From the sequence record PZ386977.1: a stretch of 64,000 bases of DNA, one strand, 5' to 3'. Positions 16,739 through 25,760 of this stretch are shown piece after piece. The notes under the pieces were generated by a model. That model was not told the origin of the DNA. It made no database searches and was given only the letters and a program-made list of their open reading frames with translations. Both the position numbers and the translations under genes were made by a program. Positions within the stretch are counted from its first letter, which is position 1, and each line of letters begins with the position of its first letter. The DNA is from a phage.

Positions 16739-17485
16739 TTAACCTTTAATCAGTTGGAATAATGATGCGCTAAGTGGTAGGCCACGTTTCAATTTTAATT
16801 TACCAATGAAACCAATCTTTTCAAAACGTTGCAGACCTTGGATAACTTTATCATATGTATCGAAAAGCGATTCAGCGTCAGTTAATTTAGTTTTAGTTTT
16901 CCAGTCAGAGCCTTTAAGAAGAACGTTGAGTTTAGTAAGTTCATGGCCTTCTGCTTGATGTGAGCCATTAATGCGGGCTTTCAAAGCAACAATTCTAAGT
17001 TTAGATTCGTTAGATAAAGGTTGATTTTTCATCATGTTCGCCATATGCTTAACACGATTTTCACGTTTTGCTCGGATTTTTAAAATAGTATCATAAACCT
17101 TTTTGATTTGAGCCCATTTCTTCTCGTCGAGATTAAGTTTCTCTACTTTACGGGCAGAAGGATTAGCGATACGCCTTGCAATGGCATCACGTTTCTCAAT
17201 AAGTTCTTCTAATGTTAAATCAGAACGAGCCGTGTTATATTTTTTCTTAACTGGGATAACATTACCTTTAATGTAGCCGATATCGTTATTAAAACGTTCT
17301 AAGGATAATTTCTCACCTTCAACAGAGTTATTGAAAGATTCACCTGAGTAAGCGCAGACCTTTTGATCAAGAACGTTTTTAAGGTAATTAAAGTCTAAGT
17401 TAAAATCCTTAGAGCGTCTCTTCGCAGAAGCTCTGGTGTGGTCAAGACGACGATTGATTTTGTTAATTTTATTATTTGATAACAT
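16739..17485 (-). CDS. srd: Srd-like protein (putative sigma-factor mimic)
   Basis: 248 aa basic protein at the T4 srd position; size matches my recollection of T4 Srd. Confidence 0.5.
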   Translation of the reverse strand: MLSNNKINKINRRLDHTRASAKRRSKDFNLDFNYLKNVLDQKVCAYSGESFNNSVEGEKLSLERFNNDIGYIKGNVIPVKKKYNTARSDLTLEELIEKRDAIARRIANPSARKVEKLNLDEKKWAQIKKVYDTILKIRAKRENRVKHMANMMKNQPLSNESKLRIVALKARINGSHQAEGHELTKLNVLLKGSDWKTKTKLTDAESLFDTYDKVIQGLQRFEKIGFIGKLKLKRGLPLSASLFQLIKG

Positions 17486-17535
17486 AATATTTTCCTCTGT
17501 CTTACGGACGTTAAGGTCATTTAGCTGATAAGCTT

Positions 17536-17564
17536 ATAATATCATGCCCTCAGGTAGTGTACAC
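17536..17564 (-). promoter_or_regulatory. early promoter (GTGTAC-17-TATTAT) upstream of srd
   Basis: minus-strand hexamers with 17-nt spacer followed by RBS. Confidence 0.45.
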
Positions 17565-17638
17565 TCTTTTTTCATAAAATGCTTTAATTTTTTATGTGTT
17601 ATAATGGTTCTGAGTTCCATCCGGTTATTCCAATCCAG

Positions 17639-18247
17639 TCAGTAACCGACAATAGACAGATTCCAGATTGTATAACGTCCATCTTGAATAATAGAATCTA
17701 CACGCAGTGTAGTCCCTATAGGGAGCATAAATTCACATTCGTCAGATATAAGTCTAGCATTAGACCGTCTTGTCGCTTCAGGGAAAGCTCCATTGAACTC
17801 ACAAGATGGCGCAGCCAGAATCATGTTAAGCATATGTTCACGGAAGTTGAAAGCAAATGGTGCATCTTTGATGCAGAACATATTAAATGTTCCATAAAAA
17901 TTATATGAAGCGAAGTTACGTGCTACACCAAACACCGGACTAAAGCTCATTACTCTGTCAAATTTAATAATACTACCAACACCTTTATCATCGAGTGTGG
18001 CCATAGTTTTCTTAGAGATTCCACGATACATTGTCTCAGGAACTGAAGACGTCCAATTTCTACGAACGATTGAACTTAACTCCTGTTGAATACAGTCTGG
18101 CTTGTTTTCCATACACTGCCAAAGGATGCTTTGTTCATTATCGTTGAATTGACTATCAATTTCGTACTGCAATTCATCTTGATATTCAGGGCATTGAGCA
18201 CGACGAACCATTTCTTCAATTTCACATTCATTATACGGCATAAACAT
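17639..18247 (-). CDS. modA: ADP-ribosyltransferase ModA-like
   Basis: 202 aa; position after srd; paralogous to next ORF (shared ...YRG...T...F.F...AP..F motifs). Confidence 0.6.
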   Translation of the reverse strand: MFMPYNECEIEEMVRRAQCPEYQDELQYEIDSQFNDNEQSILWQCMENKPDCIQQELSSIVRRNWTSSVPETMYRGISKKTMATLDDKGVGSIIKFDRVMSFSPVFGVARNFASYNFYGTFNMFCIKDAPFAFNFREHMLNMILAAPSCEFNGAFPEATRRSNARLISDECEFMLPIGTTLRVDSIIQDGRYTIWNLSIVGY

Positions 18248-18275
18248 TTAGGTTTCTCCTGTGGTTGATAAAGGT

Positions 18276-18305
18276 ATAGTATCATCGTCGGTAGAGTTTG
18301 TACAC
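18276..18305 (-). promoter_or_regulatory. early promoter (GTGTAC-18-TACTAT)
   Basis: upstream of modA RBS AGGAGA. Confidence 0.45.
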
Positions 18306-18886
18306 TAAAAATTCAACATTTTTAAATGAATGATTTTGTATAGTCGAGATAAAGGGTCATATTCTAAGTCTTCAATTTCTACAATCTCAAATCTAGAGAT
18401 ACCTGAGACCATGTATTCTTGTTCAGATTCAATCATATCTAGGACGTCAACACGTTTTTCTTCCATAACATGCTTAGGGTTCTTTCCGGCGAGTACAATG
18501 TTAACCATGTTTTGGTAGTAATCGAAAATGAACGGAGCATTCCTGAGACTAAGAATAGTGTACGTTTGATATTCCCAACTCCCAGAGAACTGTCTGGCCG
18601 TACCAAAGTCTGTTGTAAACGATGTTACTCGCCCGGGAGACCAATGACATCCAACAGAAAGAAGGGAAAGACGTTCTACTTCTTCTGGAGTTACACCACG
18701 GTAGAGTTCTACTGGTACTGTAGAAGTCATATGCTTACGAACAAGATGGTCTAATTCATAGTGGAAATCTGGGTCTTCCTTAGAATCAGTGCAAGCCCAG
18801 AGAATGTTTTGTTCTTGTTTAGTGAATTTATCATCAATTAGTGCTGCGAGATATTCGCGTTCTTGAAGTTCAGATTGACATGTCAT
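18305..18886 (-). CDS. modB: ADP-ribosyltransferase ModB-like
   Basis: 193 aa; paralog of the preceding ORF; T4 modA-modB tandem arrangement. Confidence 0.6.
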   Translation of the reverse strand: MTCQSELQEREYLAALIDDKFTKQEQNILWACTDSKEDPDFHYELDHLVRKHMTSTVPVELYRGVTPEEVERLSLLSVGCHWSPGRVTSFTTDFGTARQFSGSWEYQTYTILSLRNAPFIFDYYQNMVNIVLAGKNPKHVMEEKRVDVLDMIESEQEYMVSGISRFEIVEIEDLEYDPLSRLYKIIHLKMLNF

Positions 18887-18913
18887 GATAGACCTCCATT
18901 TAAAGATAAGCCT

Positions 18914-18942
18914 ATCATAACACGAGAGGAGGGAATGTAAAC
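18914..18942 (-). promoter_or_regulatory. early promoter (GTTTAC-17-TATGAT)
   Basis: upstream of modB. Confidence 0.5.
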
Positions 18943-19102
18943 TACTTTTTAAGCTTTCCTACTAAAGGTCCATCAGGGCCGGGTTGTTCTAACATGAATA
19001 ACGATGCTTTAAAAAGCAATGTCAACCCTTTCACCATTCGATACCATGTCTCAAAGTCTTTTTCCTTGATTTCTAGTAAGAATTTCTCTTTAAATTTCTC
19101 TT

Positions 19103-19291
19103 TCATTTCCAAGGACTCCATGGTGGAGGGTCGTCATAATAAGAAGCCAGGTCTTTCAGGGCTTCGACAGGTAAACTAAAGCCGTGTCGTTGTATAATAC
19201 TATCTAGTTCATCAACAAGTTCACTACGATGCACTTTAGGAGCCTTGACTTCAGGCTCATCAAACATACTCATCAAGTCCATATTATTCAC
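19103..19291 (-). CDS. hypothetical protein (62 aa)
   Basis: ORF in the modB-soc interval, co-directional. Confidence 0.35.
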   Translation of the reverse strand: MNNMDLMSMFDEPEVKAPKVHRSELVDELDSIIQRHGFSLPVEALKDLASYYDDPPPWSPWK

Positions 19292-19748
19292 CGAGATAAA
19301 AACTAGCAGGTTCAGAGAATGTTTCTAGCGCTACACCTTTTGTCTTAAAAAATTTCCAAATAGCTCGTTGCAAATGGATTAAATCTGCTAATGATGTAAT
19401 AAAGTATTTTTTGGCAAAATACTTATGGTCTCGCTTTTCAAACAGGTCTAAACGCTTTTCAGGATTCGCATAAACAGCATTTTCTGTAGATTCGTACCCT
19501 AAATCCTTTATGCCTTCTTCAAGACTAAACGGAGAATTTTTAGAATGAGTAATAGCTCCAACTCGCTCTACACGAATTTTGTAACCTTTAGGAATCTGCA
19601 ATTTGCAGAATTCTTCTACGATATATTGCGGATTATTTAGACTTTTGTTAATGAGAATAGCTATTTCTAGTGGAGTCTTATCTTCTACTGGTATATGTTT
19701 AAATGACTTGGCTTCAAGCAAATACATTTTAAATAACATAGCATCCAT
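19284..19748 (-). CDS. hypothetical protein (154 aa)
   Basis: ATG ORF, co-directional. Confidence 0.5.
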   Translation of the reverse strand: MDAMLFKMYLLEAKSFKHIPVEDKTPLEIAILINKSLNNPQYIVEEFCKLQIPKGYKIRVERVGAITHSKNSPFSLEEGIKDLGYESTENAVYANPEKRLDLFEKRDHKYFAKKYFITSLADLIHLQRAIWKFFKTKGVALETFSEPASFYLGE

Positions 19749-19954
19749 TATAATTTCCTCAATGGTTCACCCATATAAAGTTTTACAATACGTTCGCCTT
19801 CATCTTCGACGAGCTTTTCTTCATGTTTCTGGAATTCTTTAGCCATATTCTCTTCAAGAACATCCAGCCAATCTTCTGGACCGACACCATCGTCCCAGCT
19901 TTTAAACCATTTAACTATCTTGTTCATTCGCAGCTCCCTGAGCTTGAACCACAA
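19748..19954 (-). CDS. hypothetical protein (68 aa)
   Basis: ORF in operon context. Confidence 0.4.
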   Translation of the reverse strand: MWFKLRELRMNKIVKWFKSWDDGVGPEDWLDVLEENMAKEFQKHEEKLVEDEGERIVKLYMGEPLRKL

Positions 19955-20160
19955 TCAGAATAACTTGACCCAGAATCACCAGGCCAAGACGATACGTATG
20001 AATGATTATAACTTGAAGAGTTTGAAGCAGACTTAGGACGAACAACTTCTTCCATCATGCCGTCGCCAATGTATTCCCAACTTTTTTCGTGTGTATCAGG
20101 AATAGGCATCATACCTTCGCCTGGTTTAACAGCAAATAACTTCTTCAGTATCGTAAGCAT
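19924..20160 (-). CDS. hypothetical Ser-rich protein (start trimmed, about 78 aa)
   Basis: internal ATG with AGGA RBS; Ser/Gly/Cys-rich C-terminal tail. Confidence 0.35.
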   Translation of the reverse strand: MLTILKKLFAVKPGEGMMPIPDTHEKSWEYIGDGMMEEVVRPKSASNSSSYNHSYVSSWPGDSGSSYSDCGSSSGSCE

Positions 20161-20353
20161 TAATTGTTCCTCGAACAAAACGAACACCGCCATCATCCCA
20201 ACGGATTTCAGCATTAAATTTGACGTCTTCACCATCCATCATGAATGAGTGTACGACTACATCATCATAATATCCAAGACCGTATTTCAACGAAACTTCT
20301 TGAGCAATCAAAGCACCTAATGTGTTATTAGGTTTAATCCAACGATTTAACAT
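20126..20353 (-). CDS. hypothetical protein (75 aa)
   Basis: ATG with AAGAGGAGA RBS downstream of an early promoter. Confidence 0.45.
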   Translation of the reverse strand: MLNRWIKPNNTLGALIAQEVSLKYGLGYYDDVVVHSFMMDGEDVKFNAEIRWDDGGVRFVRGTINAYDTEEVICC

Positions 20354-20381
20354 ATTGTTCTCCTCTTGAGTAAGTAAGAAT

Positions 20382-20411
20382 ATCTTAACACAGTTTTTAG
20401 TGGATGTAAAC
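20382..20411 (-). promoter_or_regulatory. early promoter (GTTTAC-18-TAAGAT)
   Basis: minus-strand hexamers upstream of ORF 20126..20353. Confidence 0.45.
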
Positions 20412-20421
20412 TCTAGAAACG

Positions 20422-20447
20422 AAAAAAGGAATCCCGAAGGATTCCTT
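20422..20447 (-). terminator. rho-independent terminator after soc
   Basis: AGGAATCC-TTCG-GGATTCCT hairpin followed by TTTTTTCGTTT on minus strand. Confidence 0.7.
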
Positions 20448-20454
20448 AAATTAT

Positions 20455-20691
20455 TTAACCACTTACTGGTGTAGGGGTAAACATTGCAGCGTTCTTAGTA
20501 CGCCAATCTGCTGCATCAGAAACGACATCAGAATAAGCTGCATTTTCTGATGGAAAGATTTGGTAATGAGAATCTGCAATCCGATGTTCGTTTGAATAAA
20601 TCTCAAACGGAACAGAAACTTCCATACCTTTTACTTCTTCGCCTTCACCAGCAGGATGCGTAAAGGTTTTGATGTTTACATAACCACCCAT
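20455..20691 (-). CDS. soc: small outer capsid protein
   Basis: 78 aa; GYVNIKTF...AHYQ.FPSE.AAYS resembles T4 Soc; late promoter upstream and strong terminator downstream. Confidence 0.8.
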   Translation of the reverse strand: MGGYVNIKTFTHPAGEGEEVKGMEVSVPFEIYSNEHRIADSHYQIFPSENAAYSDVVSDAADWRTKNAAMFTPTPVSG

Positions 20692-20722
20692 AATTAACTC
20701 CTTTGTTGTTTAATTACAGGTG

Positions 20723-20730
20723 TATTTATA
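20723..20730 (-). promoter_or_regulatory. late promoter TATAAATA upstream of soc
   Basis: exact T4 late-promoter octamer about 30 nt upstream of soc ATG. Confidence 0.6.
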
Positions 20731-20736
20731 ACTTAA

Positions 20737-21258
20737 TTAGTAACCATTATCCTGACGTTCAAAGTTGTGTTGGTTTTTCAAGTAGTAAAGTTTAAAGATT
20801 TCTTCAGCAGAAAGACCAAGACCTTGGAACATATTTAGAACGAAATGCAGAATATCAATCATTTCAAATTTAATTTCAAGCTGGTCTTCAGGAGACAGTT
20901 CATCGATACGACGATTTCGATATTCAGCATGTTGTGCTTTCCATGGCTTCCATACACTGCTGGCGGCTTTTTCACCATTGCTCATACCACCAAGTGAAGT
21001 CAGCAGTTCACGGAATTCATCATCAATATAATCTTTCTGATTACGCAGCCAATCAACAACATCACCAGCAGTAGCCAATTCATCAGGATGTTTGTTATGT
21101 TCAGGCTTGTCATTTGCCAGACGAACCTGTAAAGATTTCTGCATATCAAGCATTACCTGAAGTGGGTCTTTATCTTCGTGAATCAGAGCATTAAAATAAG
21201 CTTCTTCTGCTTTATCAACACCAGAAATAAGTTGTGAACATTCGTTAAAGTGTGCCAT
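20737..21258 (-). CDS. 56: dCTP pyrophosphatase (dCTPase/dUTPase, MazG-like)
   Basis: start trimmed to MAHFNEC; about 173 aa; matches T4 gp56 by size, position and recalled motifs. Confidence 0.75.
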   Translation of the reverse strand: MAHFNECSQLISGVDKAEEAYFNALIHEDKDPLQVMLDMQKSLQVRLANDKPEHNKHPDELATAGDVVDWLRNQKDYIDDEFRELLTSLGGMSNGEKAASSVWKPWKAQHAEYRNRRIDELSPEDQLEIKFEMIDILHFVLNMFQGLGLSAEEIFKLYYLKNQHNFERQDNGY

Positions 21259-21346
21259 TATTTTTCCTTTCAATTCAGTATAAGAGAGTTAATTCTAACA
21301 TTAATTTTATAAAGCGTAATAAATAATAGGTAACTAAGGAGATATT

Positions 21347-21544
21347 ATGTTTAAACTTACATCGTTAATCAACGCTATTAAAGGCAATAAAAAGAAAACT
21401 GCTATCGCCGCAATAGTTGTAGGTGGCATTATTTCATGGAACTTCGGGATTGCACCATTGTTAGTTGCCCATGGTATTATAGTTCCTTCTGTTCCATTGG
21501 ATACCGTAGTTGATTTGGCCTTTGCTATTATAGGACTTGTTTAA
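21347..21544 (+). CDS. small membrane protein (65 aa), plus strand
   Basis: ATG with strong AAGGAGA RBS; two predicted TM segments; one of only two plus-strand genes. Confidence 0.5.
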   Translation: MFKLTSLINAIKGNKKKTAIAAIVVGGIISWNFGIAPLLVAHGIIVPSVPLDTVVDLAFAIIGLV

Positions 21545-22563
21545 ATCTTCGAATAACGAGATAATCTCATTTTAGCATGCAACCCACTTGAAATATTCTG
21601 TTTCATATATTCTAAAATTTCTTGTGGTGTTGCATTTTCTTTCATTACCATATCATTCACATCCTTTGAACTCCATGGAGCTCGGTCCCAGAACATAACA
21701 CGTTCACCTGCATCAACTAATCGCTTCATACGAGCTATAGTATCCGGATGCCTAGGTTCATTATCCATTACCCATACCCGACGTTCTTTAAATGGTACCA
21801 CATCTAAATCTATCGAGCCGCCTGTAATAGCGATTGCATTGGGTATGAATAAACTATCAATAGGACCTTCCATTACCCAGACGTCTCCTTCCTTAACACG
21901 TTCAACACCATAAATTTTTGTTGCAGACTCAAACGCTTTAATAGTGATATATTTCTGAGGAGCATCTTTACGAAGTGCACGTCCTTGGAATGACTCGGCC
22001 TTCCCGTCTTTATTAAAAATAGGAATCACTAAACGTGGCTCGGGAATCTCTTTCTTATACGTGCCTGGTTGAATCTTGTTGACCAATTTAGGCCATTCTA
22101 ATGTGAACCATAATCTGTTCCACGATTCTTTAGGAATACACCGAGACTTAACATATTTCACAATAGGATGCTCTTCAGGCAACTTGTCCAGGCGAGAACA
22201 AGACGGCAAAGAATTTATAGTCTTTTTCTCCGGTTCTGGTTTATGTTCAGGAACCTTTTCAATCTTTGGTTCCATTCTAGCTTTTTCTTTACGAACTTCC
22301 ATTAGATATTCGCGATAAAGCTCTTCATCATACTCTTTTAAGTATCCGGAAATCGTATTATGATATTGGCAGTTATAGCAATGCACATTACCCGGAGTAC
22401 CGCCATAATACCATCCGCGAGCTTTCATTGCATCTGTCTGAGAGTCGCCACAAACTGGACATCGAAATGTTAATTTAAATGTGCTTGAATTATTGATTTG
22501 TCTAAAACGAGGTAGGTGAGAAAACGCACGATAAGCAAATTCGTTATCTATCCATTCAGCCAT
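21541..22563 (-). CDS. 61: DNA primase
   Basis: 340 aa; N-terminal zinc-binding CPVCGDS...CYNC and TOPRIM-like core; size and synteny with T4 gp61. Confidence 0.85.
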   Translation of the reverse strand: MAEWIDNEFAYRAFSHLPRFRQINNSSTFKLTFRCPVCGDSQTDAMKARGWYYGGTPGNVHCYNCQYHNTISGYLKEYDEELYREYLMEVRKEKARMEPKIEKVPEHKPEPEKKTINSLPSCSRLDKLPEEHPIVKYVKSRCIPKESWNRLWFTLEWPKLVNKIQPGTYKKEIPEPRLVIPIFNKDGKAESFQGRALRKDAPQKYITIKAFESATKIYGVERVKEGDVWVMEGPIDSLFIPNAIAITGGSIDLDVVPFKERRVWVMDNEPRHPDTIARMKRLVDAGERVMFWDRAPWSSKDVNDMVMKENATPQEILEYMKQNISSGLHAKMRLSRYSKI

Positions 22564-22602
22564 AGTATTCTCCAGAGGCCTTAAATTAATAAGGCCATCA
22601 TA

Positions 22603-23097
22603 TCACAACTTATTAATATTTACTTTAATTCGCTTTCTTTTCTTGGAAGGAATTTGTTCTGGACCTTTATTTACGACTGCACCTGTAGTTGTTCCTGATG
22701 CAATAGCTTGAGGGCTGCCACCTGAATCACCAGCCACCATATCCTCAAATAAAGGGAGTTCTTTAAATATTTCTTTCTGCTGTTCTTCCGTAATGTTATA
22801 GCGTGAAGCTACAGCACTCCAGGCAGACATCATTGAGGCCATTCCATTAAGACCTGGAACAGTGCTCATCATTCGCTTCATTGAACGAACTGAAGCATGA
22901 AAAGGTGTATAAGCCGCTTTCTCTTCGGGAGTAGAAGGACGTTTAAGAACACTTCCACGTTCGTCGATTATTTTGGCTTCATACGCTTTCCATTCTGTAA
23001 AAGGTTTTTGCATTAGTCGAATAAACTTATATGCATAAACTGAATCTATTGCAGTGTTAATAATACCCATAGGTACCTCCTGAGTATATTTAATCAA
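22603..23097 (-). CDS. hypothetical protein (164 aa)
   Basis: ATG ORF upstream of primase. Confidence 0.5.
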   Translation of the reverse strand: MIKYTQEVPMGIINTAIDSVYAYKFIRLMQKPFTEWKAYEAKIIDERGSVLKRPSTPEEKAAYTPFHASVRSMKRMMSTVPGLNGMASMMSAWSAVASRYNITEEQQKEIFKELPLFEDMVAGDSGGSPQAIASGTTTGAVVNKGPEQIPSKKRKRIKVNINKL

Positions 23098-23287
23098 TCA
23101 CAAAGATCGCTTTATCACCGTTCGCATCTGTGACTTCATATGTAGTGTCTTCATAGTGTGGAATATTCCAAATTACACCATCATTAGCTTTTACGCTAAT
23201 ATGGCATTGGTGTTTTGAAACAACTTCATAATCTTCAAAACTTGTAAAAACACTAATTTTAGAACCAGTGCAAATTGCAGTAGTCAT
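23090..23287 (-). CDS. hypothetical protein (65 aa)
   Basis: ORF in operon context. Confidence 0.4.
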   Translation of the reverse strand: MTTAICTGSKISVFTSFEDYEVVSKHQCHISVKANDGVIWNIPHYEDTTYEVTDANGDKAIFVID

Positions 23288-23288
23288 T

Positions 23289-23948
23289 TTAACCTCGATT
23301 CATAAATGCATTAAATATTTGGTCATCAACAGAAATTTCTAATTCGACTTCAATTGCTTCAGCCTTTTCTTCAGGTGGTAATTCGTATCCACATACTACA
23401 ATTTTTTCATCGATATCAAAATATACAGAAGCAATATGATTAATGTTATTTTCAGTTAAGTCTAAATCAACATCAACATCTTTTTGACCTACACTTAAAG
23501 GATAACTAATACGGGTTATTTTATTATCTTTAACAAAGAGTCCACCAACATACTCTGTACTACGTTTGAAGTTTACACGTTTCCGAATTGAAAGATATGA
23601 TACATCTTTACCGTGAGCTCGGCTCATAGGACATAATGAATAACTAGAATAAGAGATGTCAAATCCTACGCCTTCAACATGTGCTAGAGTATCATGAGTA
23701 AACCAATTATAGTCGTATGCCAAATCCATTAAATTATAATATGTGAAAGGCACAGGATTAACGTCATACGTTGTACCTTTAAAATCTGCCCAGGCAACGA
23801 TTTCGTTATCTTTAACAATTACAAAAATTACACCAATATGGTATCCGTTATTATTTTCATTCGGCGTTATATTATAACATTGTGCATTAGGAAATTTACC
23901 ATATTTAAATGGCGCGTTTTTGTGCATGTAATAAATCATATTATTCAC
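23289..23948 (-). CDS. hypothetical protein (219 aa)
   Basis: ATG ORF. Confidence 0.5.
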   Translation of the reverse strand: MNNMIYYMHKNAPFKYGKFPNAQCYNITPNENNNGYHIGVIFVIVKDNEIVAWADFKGTTYDVNPVPFTYYNLMDLAYDYNWFTHDTLAHVEGVGFDISYSSYSLCPMSRAHGKDVSYLSIRKRVNFKRSTEYVGGLFVKDNKITRISYPLSVGQKDVDVDLDLTENNINHIASVYFDIDEKIVVCGYELPPEEKAEAIEVELEISVDDQIFNAFMNRG

Positions 23949-24234
23949 CTGTGATTTCGGTTACGATATCTTTGTTATCGAAATTAGGGTCACAATACAA
24001 AACATAGTTGTACTGCATGATACCGCCAGACTTAAGTTGTTCAACAACTTTATTAACCATATTAGGACGGTCTCGTTTAGTGATGTTCATGATATCAGAG
24101 AAGATTTGTTGTTCAACATCTTCTTGATTTGCAGTCATTGACCACTCACAGAGGTCTTTATCATAACCTGCTGTAACTGGAGCTGGTGCACATGATACTG
24201 CAAGTAAGATTGCTGCCAATGATAACTTTTTCAT
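23941..24234 (-). CDS. sp: periplasmic protein with signal peptide, Spackle-like
   Basis: 97 aa; N-terminal signal peptide MKKLSLAAILLAVSCAPAPVTAG; size equals T4 Sp; conserved Cys pair. Confidence 0.5.
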   Translation of the reverse strand: MKKLSLAAILLAVSCAPAPVTAGYDKDLCEWSMTANQEDVEQQIFSDIMNITKRDRPNMVNKVVEQLKSGGIMQYNYVLYCDPNFDNKDIVTEITGE

Positions 24235-24263
24235 TTTAACTCCTTAGTTGATTTGATAGGACT

Positions 24264-24293
24264 ACTATACCATAGTCCATCTATAATGTAAAC
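24264..24293 (-). promoter_or_regulatory. early promoter (GTTTAC-18-TATAGT) with TAGGACTA-type inverted repeat
   Basis: PeSL-like cassette upstream of sp. Confidence 0.5.
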
Positions 24294-24297
24294 AAGT

Positions 24298-24546
24298 TTA
24301 TTCTTTTTCGCGAATAATAATTACTTGTTGAGGCTGCTGAGCGGATTTCTTTTCGGCAACGATAGACCAAATTAAAGTTCCAATCCAACCAATCATCGTC
24401 CAGTTAAAGAGTAAAGATACAAAGAAGATTGCTGTTGTGCTTTTTGTGCCACGAATAAGTGCGATTACCCAAGGCAACATGTAAATGATGATTGAACCAA
24501 TACCTGCGATTAAAACTGCTACTGAACTAGCTACAAATAATTCCAT
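24298..24546 (-). CDS. small inner-membrane protein (82 aa)
   Basis: two predicted TM helices. Confidence 0.5.
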   Translation of the reverse strand: MELFVASSVAVLIAGIGSIIIYMLPWVIALIRGTKSTTAIFFVSLLFNWTMIGWIGTLIWSIVAEKKSAQQPQQVIIIREKE

Positions 24547-24574
24547 GTTAATTTCCTCTTGATTTGTTATGTTT

Positions 24575-24604
24575 ATAATATCTTGTTTTAACTTTGGTGT
24601 AAAC
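24575..24604 (-). promoter_or_regulatory. early promoter (GTTTAC-18-TATTAT)
   Basis: hexamers upstream of RBS AAGAGGA. Confidence 0.5.
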
Positions 24605-24607
24605 CAA

Positions 24608-24976
24608 TTAATTAAATTTGTTTAAACGTTCAATACACTGGACGTAGTTATTAGCGATTTGTTTCTGGGAAGGCTCTTTACCAGTTGTTTCAACATAGCG
24701 AATGAATGCGATTTCAGTAGCCTGTAAGCAATGTTCTTTAACGCGTTGTTCTTTTGTCAATGCTACAGTATCAGAATCACGATAACGTTGAGCATGGGCA
24801 TCAGCTTGAATCATTCGATTACCTACAGTAACTGGGTCTTCCACTTCAACTTTAGGTTGGTTGTACTGTTTAACATTCGGGTTATAAATCAATTGGCCAA
24901 CATTATTAGGGATAAAGCCATGGGCACCACATCCGGTTAATCCAAATACCATTGCTAAAGCGATTAATTTTTTCAT
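24608..24976 (-). CDS. putative lipoprotein (122 aa)
   Basis: signal peptide with lipobox LTGC (MKKLIALAMVFGLTGC). Confidence 0.55.
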   Translation of the reverse strand: MKKLIALAMVFGLTGCGAHGFIPNNVGQLIYNPNVKQYNQPKVEVEDPVTVGNRMIQADAHAQRYRDSDTVALTKEQRVKEHCLQATEIAFIRYVETTGKEPSQKQIANNYVQCIERLNKFN

Positions 24977-25004
24977 TTCAATTTCCTCTGTAGTTGATAG
25001 AAAG

Positions 25005-25034
25005 ATAGTAACACATTATGTAGTGCTTGTAAAC
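25005..25034 (-). promoter_or_regulatory. early promoter (GTTTAC-18-TACTAT)
   Basis: upstream of the lipoprotein gene. Confidence 0.5.
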
Positions 25035-25036
25035 AG

Positions 25037-25249
25037 CTATTTTAAACTTTTGCGAAATTTGCGTTTTTCTTGACGAATCTGTCGTTTAGTCGGACGTACA
25101 GCAAATTTAACGAAGTCCACTTTGCCGTGTGGAAACTTTTCAGATGCTTCACAGTCCATCATTAGTTCCCATCCTTCCAGAATAAGAGCTTTCCATTGCG
25201 TAGTTGATGCAAATTCGTATGTCGATGGTTTAAACACAGTTGAATACAT
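25037..25249 (-). CDS. hypothetical small protein with C-terminal VRPTKRQ motif (70 aa)
   Basis: paralog of ORF 54197..54394. Confidence 0.45.
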   Translation of the reverse strand: MYSTVFKPSTYEFASTTQWKALILEGWELMMDCEASEKFPHGKVDFVKFAVRPTKRQIRQEKRKFRKSLK

Positions 25250-25250
25250 A

Positions 25251-25442
25251 TTATCCTCTTAAATCGGCTTCAAAAACTTTCTCGTCATTAACAAATGCTT
25301 TAACTAATGCTTTGTTCACTTCAGCAAGTTGTACCGCAACCCACTCGATTTCTTCGCGATCACCTGATAACATGATATCTTTAGTGAACATCTCGCCGCT
25401 TTTAAACCAACCGATAAAAGTAACTTTAGTTAATTTGCTCAT
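25251..25442 (-). CDS. hypothetical protein (about 63 aa, start trimmed)
   Basis: ORF 25251..25463; internal ATG minimises overlap. Confidence 0.4.
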   Translation of the reverse strand: MSKLTKVTFIGWFKSGEMFTKDIMLSGDREEIEWVAVQLAEVNKALVKAFVNDEKVFEADLRG

Positions 25443-25756
25443 ATTTCCTCGCAAAATGCCCATTCAGCGTGATAAACTGTAGCACCTTTAGTATCATTCA
25501 TTTGAACTACGTCTACCGGAGAAATTACTCGATAGAGACGTGGTTCACCTCCATAAGAGCGTGCTGCTCGTCCTGCATAAATCTTTGCTAAACCGATATC
25601 TTCAGTAAAGAATACACGATTCAAGTTTTTCTTACGCCCAGTTTCAGACAGAACTCCTGTTTCCTCAGGAGGACAAAGCATGTTTTCGATGTTAGCTGAA
25701 CTACTTGAACCGTGATAAAAAATCTTAAATTCTGCTTTACAATCGATGGTTTTCAT
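25439..25756 (-). CDS. hypothetical protein (105 aa)
   Basis: ATG with GGAGAA RBS that lies in one arm of a 14-bp inverted repeat. Confidence 0.5.
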   Translation of the reverse strand: MKTIDCKAEFKIFYHGSSSSANIENMLCPPEETGVLSETGRKKNLNRVFFTEDIGLAKIYAGRAARSYGGEPRLYRVISPVDVVQMNDTKGATVYHAEWAFCEEI

Positions 25757-25760
25757 TTTG

